Part shown: piece by piece, positions 43,557 through 54,452 of the stretch
Layout: each line of letters starts with the position of its first letter
How positions within the stretch are numbered: position 1 is the stretch's first letter
Made by a program: the position numbers and the translations under genes
The notes under the pieces: model-generated
What the model saw: the letters and a program-made list of their open reading frames with translations, nothing else
Database searches by the model: none
Told to the model about the DNA's origin: nothing
Assembly (NCBI GenBank): GCA_963721085.1
Contig: CAVRHW010000015.1
Coordinates: forward strand, 47,443 to 111,442
DNA: 64,000 bases
Source: an uncultured Gammaproteobacteria bacterium
GTDB lineage: Bacteria; Pseudomonadota; Gammaproteobacteria; SZUA-229
Direction of reading: 5' to 3'

Positions 43557-45816
43557 TCAGTATGTGTCGTACGGATCCACATCCAGCGACCAGCGTACTG
43601 CACGCGCCTGTTTCAGTGCCTGCAGCTGCGGCAGCCAGTACTGCAACACCCGGTGCAGCGGTTTGCGATCGCTGGCCTGTAGCATGATCTGGCTGCGAAA
43701 CCGCCCGGCGCGGCGTTCCATCGGTGCTTTCACCGGGCCAAAAATAGACAGTCCGCTAGTGTCCATGGTGCCGAGCAGTTCGCGCGCCGCGCGCATGAAG
43801 TTGTCACCGGCCTGCTGTTTCACTGCTTCGCAACGCAGCATCACCAGGTGGCTGAACGGCGCCAGCGCAGCCTGTTCGCGTTCTGCCAGCGCGGCTTCGG
43901 CAAAACCTTCATAGCCATGGTGCAACAGGGTTTGCAACAAGGGGTGGTCGGGATGGTGGGTCTGGACGATGACCTCGCCGGGCTTTTCCGCGCGCCCGGC
44001 ACGCCCCGCGACCTGGATAATCAACTGCGCCAGGTGTTCGGCCGCACGAAAATCGGTGCTGTGCAAGGACTGGTCAGCATCGAGCACCGCCACCAGGGTC
44101 AGGTTGGGAAAGTCATGGCCCTTGGCGAGCATCTGGGTGCCGACCAGAATACCGCTTTCACCGCTGTGCGCATCGGCCAGTTTTTCCTGCAGACTGCCCT
44201 TGCGCCGCGTGGTGTCGCGATCGATGCGGCTGATCGTGGTCTCGGGGAACAGGGTACGCAAATGGTTTTCGATGCGTTCGGTGCCGGCACCGATGGCCAC
44301 CAGTTCGCTGCTGCCACAGTCGCCACAGACCAGCGGTGCCCGGGTTTCTGCGCCGCAGTGGTGGCAGTGCAGCTGTTGTTTGTGCTGGTGATAGGTCATG
44401 TGCGCATCGCAGCGCGCGCATTGTGTGGTCCAGCCGCAGGCGTGACACAGCAACAAGGGCGCAAAGCCGCGCCGGTTGAGAAACAGCAGCACCTGGCCCT
44501 GGTTCTGTAAATGCTGCTTGATGCGATCGACCAGCAGCGCGGACAGGCCTTCTTCCAGCTTCTGTTTGCGCAGGTCCATCAGCTCGATGCGCACCTTGCG
44601 GCTGTTGCCCGCGCGCTGGCTCAGTGTGTGCAGTTCGTAGCGCCGGCGCGCAACATTGTGCAGGCTTTCCAGCGAAGGCGTGGCCGAGCCCAGCACCACC
44701 GGGATGTTCGCTTTGTGCGCGCGCACCAGTGCGAGGTCGCGCGCGTTGTAACGAAAACCTTCCTGCTGTTTGTAGGAGCCGTCGTGTTCTTCATCGAGCA
44801 CGATCAGACCGAGCTCGGGCAAAGGAGTGAAAATGGCCGAGCGCGTGCCGATCAGCAAGCGTGCTTCGCCGCTGGCGCAGGCCTGCCAGGCGGCGAAGCG
44901 CTGGCTGTCATTCAGCGCCGAGTGCAGCATCGCCACCGGTACTGAAAACCGTTTTTGAAAACGCTGGCTGAGTTGCGGGGTCAGGCTGATTTCGGGCACC
45001 AGTATCAGTACCTGTTTGCCTGCTGCGAGTACCGCTTCGGCCAGCGCCAGATAGACTTCGGTTTTGCCGCTGCCGGTGATGCCGTGCAGCAGATGAATTT
45101 TGTGCTCACCGAGGTCGGCCCTGATTTTGTCGACGCTGTCCTGCTGCTCGCTATTGAGCTCGGGCGCTGAATCGTTGTCTGCCAGTGCCGGCGCGAGTGC
45201 CGAACGCTGTTGTTCGGTCGCCAGGTTTTTTTCCAGCAGGGCGCGCATCGCATTGCGCCAGTTGTCGGTGAGTGCATTGAGCTGATCGGCATCGAGACCT
45301 TCAGGGTGCTGGTTTAACAATTGCAGCAGCTGCAGCTGTTTGGGCGCGCGTTTCAGTATCGCAGCGATGTCGGTATCATCAGCCTGTGCTGTCGCCTGCC
45401 AGTGACTCAGACTGATCGCGCTATTGTCCCGGCCTTCGCGCAGCTGCGGCAGGCAGGGCGGCATTGATGACTTCACCCAGCGGATGATGGTAGTAGCCGG
45501 CGGCCCATTGCAGGAGTTCGAGCAGTTCGCTGCCCAGCACCGGGACTGCATCGAGCACTGCGAGCAGGGGTTTCAGCTTGCTCGCTGGGTAATCGCTGTG
45601 ACTGCGCAGTTCGAGCGCGAGGCCGACCAGTTGCTGTCGCCCGAAGGACACCCGCACCCGGCATCCCGGGCGTATCTGCTCAGGATCGATCACGGCCGGG
45701 ATCAGATAATCAAAACTGCCGTACAAAGGTGTGGGCACGGCTACGCGGAGAATGCGTTTCTCAGCCGGGGATGCAGGCGGCTGATCGGTCTTATGACTGG
45801 AGGTGGCAGGCTTCAT
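43557..45816 (-). CDS. priA: primosomal protein N' (indel near 45455)
   Basis: GITGSGKTEVY, DEEHD, Cys-rich Zn region, GTQMLAKGHDFP, QVAGRAGR, WSLDVDP. Confidence 0.96.
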
Positions 45817-45925
45817 TCGAGCTGGATTCAGGTCGGTGGCGCAGATGTTTGCTGAGTTCAGAATGGCACGATTCTACCCGTCTATGCAGAGAGTGTTTGA
45901 AATTTCAGCGAATAACAGCACATGT

Positions 45926-46494
45926 GCTCAAAAAGTGTGCATCGCACTCGAAATGGGCCTCCAATCCTGTGGATAAGTCTGTGGAAACTCGCTGCGTTGC
46001 TGGCCGAATCTGAATCGAGCTTGTGGATAAATATATTATGAAATATTTTTTTTTAAGATATTAGTTTAGTTTAATCAATGCCATACAGGACATGACACTG
46101 GTATTACAGAATAAAAACAGGGCTTCGAATCACATAAACAGGCTTGACAAATGCATGTGTATAACTGTCCATCTGGATTTAATCGGGTGTTCCAGGTTAA
46201 AGCTCATTCTTAACAAAAAATTTAACTAACTCATGGTTAAGTCTCTAAAATCTCTGGAAGAATCCAGACTTACTCACATTTTCTGTGGATAACTCTGTGG
46301 ACGGTTTCATTTTTTGTTCACAAACTATGTGAAAAAAACGCTAATTTGTTTGATTGGACAAAATTTAACCACTTATGATAACTATATATAAAACATATTG
46401 TTACAAAAGATTTATAGTCATTTTTGGGGGCATAAGCGACTCAAAACCAGTTCAGGATAAGAATATTAGAGTCTTATAAACTGCTTGTGTAAAA
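45926..46494. promoter_or_regulatory. DnaA-box cluster with Fis- and IHF-like sites (oriC or DARS/datA-like)
   Basis: TGTGNA(A/T)AA at 45968, 46022, 46156, 46284, 46328, 46486 plus degenerate boxes at 45980, 46270, 46296; Fis consensus 45926-45940 and 46356-46370; AT-rich and ORF-free. Confidence 0.8.
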
Positions 46495-46577
46495 CTATTC
46501 TGCTCACCCTAGGCAGAACAATGAGTTAGCCGAATGTACCGGATGCTGGCGGCAGCAGGCTCGAGCTTTGTTAAGCT

Positions 46578-47462
46578 ATGCGCATGGATCTCTGGCAGCA
46601 TCTCGAAACACAAATCTCCCGGGTGAGCGGGCGAGCATTCAGTCTCGCCCGGCATCAAAATATCGCTGGCGGCTGTATCAACCAGGCGAGCCGTATTGTC
46701 GGTACTGATCAGTGCGAATATTTTATCAAGTTTAATCGCGCGGCCTTGCTGCCGATGTTCGAAGCCGAGGCACAGGCGCTGAGTGAAATTGCCAGCAGCC
46801 AGAGCGTGCGCGTGCCACAGCCGGTTTGCAGCGGTGTGCATGGTGATCAGTCTTATCTGGTGATGGAATACCTGCCGCTGTCGGGACGTGCGGATATGGC
46901 ATTGTTTGGAGAGCAGCTCGCGGCCATGCATCGCAACTGCGTGCCACAGTTCGGCTGGTCGATCGATAACACCATTGGTTCAACCCCGCAGCCTAATCAG
47001 CAGTCACATGACTGGATTGCTTTCTGGCGCGAACAACGCCTGGGTTTTCAGCTCCAGCTGGCAGCGCGCAATGGTTATCGTGGCGAGTTGCAGCGCAAGG
47101 GTGAGCGACTGCTGGCTGATTTCCCGGTTTTGTTCGCCAGCTATACACCGCAGGCCTCATTGTTACACGGTGATTTGTGGAGCGGGAACTATGGCGGTCT
47201 CGCGGACGGTGAGCCGGTAATATTTGATCCGGCCACATATTACGGAGACCGCGAAACCGATCTGGCGATGACCACGCTGTTCGGCGGTTTTGGCCGGGAT
47301 TTTTACGCCGCTTACAATGCTGCCTGGCCGCTGGATGCAGGCTATGCGGTGCGCAAAACCTTTTACAACATCTACCACATCATCAACCACCTCAACCTGT
47401 TCGGCGGCGGCTATCAAAGCCAGGCGATCAGCATGATCGATCAGGTGCTGGCAGAAATTTGA
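46578..47462 (+). CDS. fructosamine/ketosamine kinase family protein
   Basis: GGCINQA, FGWSIDNTIG, LLHGDLWSGN, FDPATYYGDRETDLAM. Confidence 0.92.
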   Translation: MRMDLWQHLETQISRVSGRAFSLARHQNIAGGCINQASRIVGTDQCEYFIKFNRAALLPMFEAEAQALSEIASSQSVRVPQPVCSGVHGDQSYLVMEYLPLSGRADMALFGEQLAAMHRNCVPQFGWSIDNTIGSTPQPNQQSHDWIAFWREQRLGFQLQLAARNGYRGELQRKGERLLADFPVLFASYTPQASLLHGDLWSGNYGGLADGEPVIFDPATYYGDRETDLAMTTLFGGFGRDFYAAYNAAWPLDAGYAVRKTFYNIYHIINHLNLFGGGYQSQAISMIDQVLAEI

Positions 47463-47478
47463 AAAACGAAACTACACT

Positions 47479-47754
47479 AAAAGCGAAACCACAGAGGCAC
47501 AGAGAACACAGAGTAAAACTTGTGACTGTTAAAAACTAAAGATTAGAAGCGAAACCGCAGAGACGCAGAGGTCGCAGAGTAAAACAGGGCTATTGTTAAA
47601 GGAGGATGGCTTAGATTTGAATTTGACTGATACAGCTTTTACCTAAAAATCTTTTCTCCGCGTTCTCTGCGTCTCTGCGGTTTCGCTTTAAGTTTTGGCC
47701 TTTAACCAAAAAAGTTTTCCTCTGTGTTCTCTGTGCCTCTGTGGTTCAGCTTTT
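47479..47754. repeat. nested inverted repeat A-B...B'-A' of CRCAGAG x3 units
   Basis: A 47479-47520, B 47547-47585, B' 47652-47689, A' 47713-47754; A/A' use CACAGAG, B/B' use CGCAGAG. Confidence 0.9.
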
Positions 47755-48290
47755 AGATTTTTGTTTGTGCCCTTGCCATGACCGCTTCGATAAATGCATG
47801 CAAACGCGTCATCAGAGTCCAGCTCGCTGTCTTCGATCACGGGCAGGTCGGGGTAGTGCTGGCAGAGCGCGCGTGCGAACAGGCCGCGGCTGGATTCGGT
47901 CACACAAACTCCATCGATGAAAACAGGCGTCGAGTTGAGACCGCAGCTGGGTGAGCGGCTTTTGAAAACAAAGCCGTGGATATGCTCCAGCGCTGGTAAA
48001 CGGCGCTTTGCGAATTCAATGATCTGCCCGGTGACATCGAGGCCGGGATCATCACGCCCGGTCATGCGCGGTTGCGCGATGTTACCGGTGAGCTGTACCG
48101 GTGGGCGCGGCACGCTCATGCCGGCTTCGACCTCCGGGCACACCGGTATTAACTCAAACATTGTGGCCAGACTGTCGATCACGACTGAACTGGGCTTGCT
48201 GGCTGCATCGTAGCGCACAGGATCGCCCAGCAGGCACTGGCTGACACCAAGGCGGGGTTTATTGTTTATTGTTGTCGAATATTTTGACAC
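47753..48290 (-). CDS. DUF523 (TudS/2-thiouracil desulfurase-like) protein
   Basis: GVSQCLLGDPVRYD, PVCPEVEAG, KSRSPSCG, GLFA; true C-terminus probably RLHAFIEAVMARAQTKI* after an indel. Confidence 0.85.
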
Positions 48291-48496
48291 TTAATATTTA
48301 TATAACTAATTGTTTTATATTGATAATTAGTTCTATTCGCTGAACCTGGCTGGATTAAGCTACGAGTAATAGTGCGATATTACCTTGAATTTGCGAATAA
48401 ATCGTCGAATATGTTTACACTTTATTTTTTTAAAACCGAGGTTATTTTATAAGTATATGATTATTATTAAAAAACATGAATGGCCTGATAATTGCA
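48273..48496 (+). promoter_or_regulatory. sigma54 promoter with two enhancer-like boxes
   Basis: TGGCCTGATAATTGCA (-24/-12) at 48481-48496; YGT-N11-ACA boxes at 48273-48289 and 48403-48419. Confidence 0.65.
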
Positions 48497-48561
48497 TTGT
48501 ACTGATAACCAACTATTAATAACAACCCCCGTAGTGATACGGAAAATGCCTTAAACAAGGA

Positions 48562-49368
48562 GTGAATACAATGTTTACATACAAACAATTAACCCGGATG
48601 TTGGCTGTGCCAGCACTGCTTGGCCTGGTCCTGGTAGCGCCTGCCCAGGCGGCCACCATTATGGACAACTATGTCGGTTCCGATGCGCATGGCCGTGGCG
48701 ATGTCATCGGTTCGGCTTCGGATTTCAATATCATTTCGATGGATGTGACGGTGTCCGGTACTATGCTGAACGTGAGCATCAATACCAATTTCGCGGGCAA
48801 GGGCGACAATGGCCTGTTTGCTGCGGATACCTATAGTGGTAATGGTATCGGCTACGGCGATTTATTCCTGAGCAGCAGCTGGAACCCATACGGCACCGCG
48901 CCGTACTCAGGTGACAATGCCAGCAATGGCACCGTGTGGAACTATGGTTTTGCACTCGACAATCGCTACATGAATGAAGGGGCTGCGGGCACGGGCACAC
49001 TATATAGCCTGAATTCCGGCAATAATCTTACCGATACTCTGCTGAGCAATGATTTCATTTCGTGTACTACTAACTGTATCTACCGTGATGGTCAGGCAGT
49101 CGCAGTGAATACTGGCAGTGCAGGCGTGAGCGCATTCAACAGCGGTACCTGGTCCATCGATACTTCTACCAATACGGTGAATTTTCAGCTTGATCTCGCC
49201 GGTACCGGTCTGCTGGGTTCAAACATCGGTGTGCGCTGGGGTATGACCTGTGCGAATGATGCGATTGAAGGCAGTGTATCCACCGTACCCGTACCTGCTG
49301 CAGCCTGGCTGTTCGGTTCAGGTCTGCTGGGGCTTGTCGGTGTAGCGCGTAGAAGAAAAGTTTCATGA
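48562..49368 (+). CDS. VPLPA-CTERM (PEP-CTERM-type) exosortase substrate
   Basis: Signal peptide, WGMTCANDAIEG, C-terminal VPVPAAAWLFGSGLLGLVGVARRRK. Confidence 0.9.
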   Translation: MNTMFTYKQLTRMLAVPALLGLVLVAPAQAATIMDNYVGSDAHGRGDVIGSASDFNIISMDVTVSGTMLNVSINTNFAGKGDNGLFAADTYSGNGIGYGDLFLSSSWNPYGTAPYSGDNASNGTVWNYGFALDNRYMNEGAAGTGTLYSLNSGNNLTDTLLSNDFISCTTNCIYRDGQAVAVNTGSAGVSAFNSGTWSIDTSTNTVNFQLDLAGTGLLGSNIGVRWGMTCANDAIEGSVSTVPVPAAAWLFGSGLLGLVGVARRRKVS

Positions 49369-49391
49369 AGTAAGTCTCTCCGTGGAAATAT

Positions 49392-49424
49392 AACGCCGGG
49401 CTACGCTTACCCGGCGTTTTTTTT
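49392..49424 (+). terminator. intrinsic terminator
   Basis: AACGCCGGG-N9-CCCGGCGTT then T-tract. Confidence 0.8.
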
Positions 49425-49459
49425 GCATTCTAAAACCAGATGGTTAAGGTTTTGCTGCC

Positions 49460-49646
49460 AACTATTTCTTCGCACCCATTTTAAATGCGCGTTCGCGCGA
49501 ATGCTTTTCTTCCACCGCGCGTTTGCCCGCATCCCAGCTCGGCATGGTTTCGGGCCAGCCGAACATGTGCGCAGTGAGTACATCGCACAGGGCTTCAATG
49601 TGCGCTGGATTATCGTTGAGCGCAGGGATATAGCGATAGTGCAGGC
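49460..49646 (-). repeat. duplicated 3' end of hemH (orphan copy)
   Basis: 187 bp with 7 mismatches to 54451-54637 by manual alignment; encodes LHYRYIPALND...MGAKK*. Confidence 0.95.
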
Positions 49647-49944
49647 TTCTGCTAATGCCTGGCAATCCATTGAAAAGCGAGGGAGCGCTTTATTTGTAGT
49701 TACCGGATAAATTCAAATGAGCTAATCAGTTGATAGTTAGAGTATCGCGCACTAAATTGGTAGTATCGGGCAAACAGGTTAGGGACTCATGATTAAGATG
49801 AAGTGTGTCGTTACATTGTTATTGCTGGTGTTGCCGGGTCTGGCCAGATCGCAAAGCCACTGGTTGGGTGCGACACTGAGATGCAAAGTCAATTTGTTAG
49901 ATTCGTCCGGCTGGTAAATCCAGCAACTGGATAACCTGGCGGCC

Positions 49945-52900
49945 ATGATAATTCCTTTAATCACTCGCAATATTAAAACTTCCCGCCTGATTGTTCTGAA
50001 AGCGCTGCTTTTAAATCTCAGCATGCTGGTTTGGGCTACTGGACTGGTTGTTGTGGGCATAAGCTTCACTGGACAAGCTTATGCGGTCACTGCAACTGCA
50101 AGCCCGTCGCTCTGCGTCAACGATGCCAGCATTGGCGTAGCAACAGGTAACTGGACCGGGCTGACCAATGTTGGCACACAGAACAATGTTTATGCACAAG
50201 CCTCTGTTGCCAATAGCGACATAACCAATTACCTGAAATGCACCGGTTACGGCTTCAGTATTCCAGCGGGCGCAACCATTAATGGTATTACGGTTGGGCC
50301 ATGGTTAAATGCGTCGTTTACGATGTATGACAATGCGATGCAACTGGTCAAGGGCGGCGCGATTCAAGCAACCAACCTGGCCACCGGCGCAAACATCCCG
50401 AATGGCGGGGGCAGCTTTGCTGCGACCCCTACACAATTTACATACGGTGGCAGCACCAACCTGTGGGGCAATACCTGGACAGCAGCCGATATCAACAGCG
50501 CTAATTTCGGCGCGGCGTTTGCAGCGCAACGTGGCGGCTTCGCAACCACACAGCAGGTCGGTGTCGATGCTATGCCGATCACCGTTGACTACACCCCATC
50601 GGCGGGCGGTGGCGGAGGTGGTGTCAGTGGTGGCTGTAGCACCAGCGCTGTCGGCAGCGATACCGTGGTTACCTGTACTGGCGATGGCGGCATTACCATT
50701 CCTTCTGGCGTGACCAGTGTGCGCTACCTCGTGGTCGGCGGTGGTGGCGGTGGTGGCGGCAATACCGGAGGCTGGGGATCCGGCGCTGGTGGTGCTGGCG
50801 GCGTGTTGCAAGGCACCGGCTTTGCAGTGACAGGCGGTGCGACCTATACCGTCACTGTCGGTGCCGGAGGCAGCGGCGGCACAGGTGGCGTCAGCCTGGG
50901 CGGCAACGGCGGCGATTCGACGTTTTCCACACTGACCGCCATCGGTGGCGGTGGCGGTGCCACCCAGGGCATCAGTAACAATGGCGCCAACGGTGGCTCC
51001 GGTGGCGCCGGCAGGGGAAACGGGTCGGGTGGCACGGGCACGGCAGGACAGGGCAATAACGGGGGTGATGGACTTGCGAGCGGTAGTTCTGCTGGTGGCG
51101 GTGGCGGGGCAGGTGGCGCTGGTGCGAACGCAGTCGACAGAAACGGTGGCAGTGGTGGTATCCCCGTGTCCGACAATATTACCGGCGCAGCCATAACATA
51201 TGGTGCTGGCGGTGATGGTGGCGGCCGTGACAGTGGTTACAGCGGTGGTAACGGTGCTGCCGGTGCGCCCAACAGCGGTGACGGCGGCGACGGTACTCCA
51301 GGTCGTGGCGGCACCACCACCGGTGGCGCAGGCGGATCGGGTGTTGTCATTATTCGTTATACACCCGCTACGGTAAGTGTGTCATCGATCAATCTTGCCA
51401 GCAGCAACCCGACAAGTCCTGCAACCTCGGTTTCCTGGACGGTGACATTCAGCACCAGCGTGACCGGGGTAGATGCCACCGATTTTGCACTGGTGCCGGC
51501 GGGCAGTGTCACCGGTGCATCCATAACTTCGGTAACCGGTAGCGGTACTACCTGGACAGTGACTGCGAATACCGGTAGCGGCTACGGCACATTGGGTTTG
51601 AATCTGGTGGATGACGACTCGATCGTCGATGGCAGTGGCAATAAATTAGGCGGGACAGGTGCTGGTAATGGTAATTTCACCGGGCAGGTTTACACCATCA
51701 GCGCCATCCCGGTGCTGGCCAATTACCGCATGGATGAAGCGAGCTGGAACGGCACAGCGAATGAGGTGGTGGATAGTTCCGGCAACGGGAACAACGCCCA
51801 GTCCTTCAATAGCGCCAGCACCGATGGCACTACGCCGGCCATCGCCGGCAACCCGGGAACCTGCCGCTACGGGGTAATCGATAACGGTACTTCCATCACG
51901 CAGGGATATATCCAGACCCCGCTTCCAGACCTGACCAGCGATTTCACTGTCACCGCCTGGATCAGAACCACCAACAATACCGCGAGCGGACAGCGTATCC
52001 TGATCGACGATCAGAACAACACGGTGGCTATGGCATCAGTCTGGGTGATGGCGGCGCAGGGAAAATCCGATTTTATTCGCGCGGCATTGCACCCGTCATT
52101 CTGGATTCCACTTACACCATCGCAAACAATACCTGGTATTTTGTTGCTGCAGTTGCCGACATAACGAACCGTAAACGAACTATCTACGTGTATAGCGCTG
52201 CAGGAACACTGCTTGCCAGCACCAGCGATGCCTCGGCTTTTACCGGTACATGGGGAACCGATGCCGGCCCGGTGTCAATCGGCGGTGAGACGAATGCTTC
52301 AGGCGAATCTCCAGCATCTTTCCATTTTCGCGGCAACCTTGATGAAGTAGGTGTGTATTCGACCGCACTCAGCAAAACTGCGTTGGACTCGATTGCGACG
52401 CAGACCCATGCCTGCGCATTTGCTGCACCAAACCACCTTGAGATCCAGCATCCATCGGGCACTGGCCTGACGTGCACGCCGAGCACGCTGACCATCAAGG
52501 CCTGCGCCGATGCAGCCTGCACCACGGCCTATACCGGTGGCGTCACCGGCACCTTGAGTGCAACCGGCACTCCGACCGTGAACTGGTCCGGCGGCAACAG
52601 TTTTTCCATCCCTGCTGGCAGCAGCACGGTAACCAAAAATGTACAGGTGACTACGCCCGGCAGCGTGGTATTCGATGCTGCCAGTACGCCTGCAGCTACT
52701 TCCGCCACCACCTGCAATTTCGGCACACCCGGTTGCACCTTCACTGCATCAGATACCGGATTCCTGCTCAGCGCACCCAATCACGTAGCAGAAACACTGC
52801 CGCACTGACCGTGCAGGCAGTAAAAAAAGCCGATAACAGCCTGGTATGCGTGCCCGCTTTTGCAAATACTGCCAAAACCGTCAACCTGAAGTGTGCCTAC

Positions 52901-54448
52901 AGCAACCCTGCTACTGGAACGCTGCCGGTGCGGGTCGGTGGCACCGCACTGAACGCCGCCGGCAACGCAGCGGCTGCCTGCGATGGTAGCGGAGCCAATG
53001 TTTCGCTTAACTTTGACGCGACCGGAACCGCCACGCCCTCGCTGCAATATGCCGATGTCGGCCAGATGAATCTCACCGCCAGCTTATACAGGTACTGCAG
53101 GTTCGCTGGATGCGGGTTTGAGCATGACCGGCTCAGCATCATTCATTGCTGCACCGGCATCATTTGCATTCAGCGGTGTTACGGCCGGGCCGATAAAGGC
53201 AGGTAATCCTTTCAGCGTGACCGTATCGGCACTGAATAACGCAGGGGCCGTTACGCCTAACTTCGGCAAAGAGATCCTCGGCGGAAGGTGTGACCCTGAC
53301 TTCCAGCCTGGTCACACCTGATCCCGTGACATGCCCTTCTGCTGTCAATCCGGCTCTGGGCAATAACGTGATTCCCGGTAGCGAATTCGGTGCGGGCGGA
53401 ATGGTGGCTGATGCCAATGGTGTGGCGACTGTTAATAATCTGAGCTGGGGTGAGGTGGGCAGTATCACGTTGTCGGCGTGACTCTGACGAGTGGTTACCT
53501 GTTATGTTGGAACTCCCACCAGGGATGCATCTAACAATATCCTGACGGCACCGGTACCAGTGCGACCGTAGGCGCATTCATCCCCGATCATTTCGATACA
53601 GCCGTGGTGCCGACAGCGTCACTTTGCCTATGCCATGCCCGACCGGATTGACCTGCCCGACCTTGTACAACGGATTTGTTTACTCCGGACAAGCGTTTAG
53701 TATGCAAGTGACCGCCAGAAATCTGGCAGGGGGCACGACCACCAATTACAGCAGTGTTTATGGTCTGGCGAACAATGTCGCCATAAGTGCGTGGGATGCG
53801 CTGGGGAGTTTAGTCGCGCCAACCGGTGCTGGTGCTCTGGCCAACGGTACTCTGGCTTCCGCATCGTTCGTCAGCGGGGTGGGCTTGACGAATACCCAGG
53901 CCTATACCTTCGACGCCTCGCCCACTGCGCCAACCGATATTTTTCTGCGGGCGGTGGATACGGTGAATAGCACGGTCACCTCGCGGCGCTCAGTTCCGGC
54001 AACTTCTGTCGAGGGCGGAGTCAAGGTGGTGAGTGGCAAGATAGCGATACCCAATGCGTTTGGCTCCGAGTTGTTACCGTTGCCATTGACCGCCACGGTG
54101 CAGTACTGGGATAACACGGACTGGGTGACCAGCACGACCGATGATATCACCCAGTTCGACACCAATCTCAGCACCTCAGGTGGCAACCTTGTTGTGAACA
54201 TTTTGAACGGCCTGGGTGGTGGACTCAGTGTGGTTTCACCCGGTGTAGTGACAGTGACGGGCGGGGCCAGTACATTCACCTTGAATGCGCCCTCGGTAAC
54301 AGGGAGTGCCGATATCAGCCTGAATGCGCCTGACTACCTGCTTGCGGGCAGCAACGGTGCAGGTATAAATCCGAGCGACCCTGCGCGGGTAACATTCGGT
54401 ATTTTCAAAGGATCAGACAAGATAATTTATATGCGTGAAGTTTACTGA
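49945..54448 (+). CDS. large MshQ/DUF6701-like adhesin with Gly-rich and LamG-like domains (multiple indels)
   Basis: Fragments 49945-52164, 52188-52808, ~52800-53600, 53624-54448; YADVGQM, FIPDHF, NAFGSELLPL, C-terminal FGIFKGSDKIIYMREVY. Confidence 0.8.
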
Positions 54449-54452
54449 CAAA

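Noticed and set aside
46509-46931. Antisense and alternative-frame ORFs in the track (this one and many similar)
   Set aside because: They overlap well-supported genes, lack motifs, and are expected shadows in GC-rich coding DNA.
47479-47754. CRISPR array
   Set aside because: Units are in inverted orientations, with internal periodicity and irregular spacers; no cas genes.
49767-49860. c-di-GMP-I riboswitch (GGGCAAAC ... CGCAAAGCC) before the adhesin gene
   Set aside because: The two motifs are too far apart, and the GNRA stem and P1 pairing are not evident.
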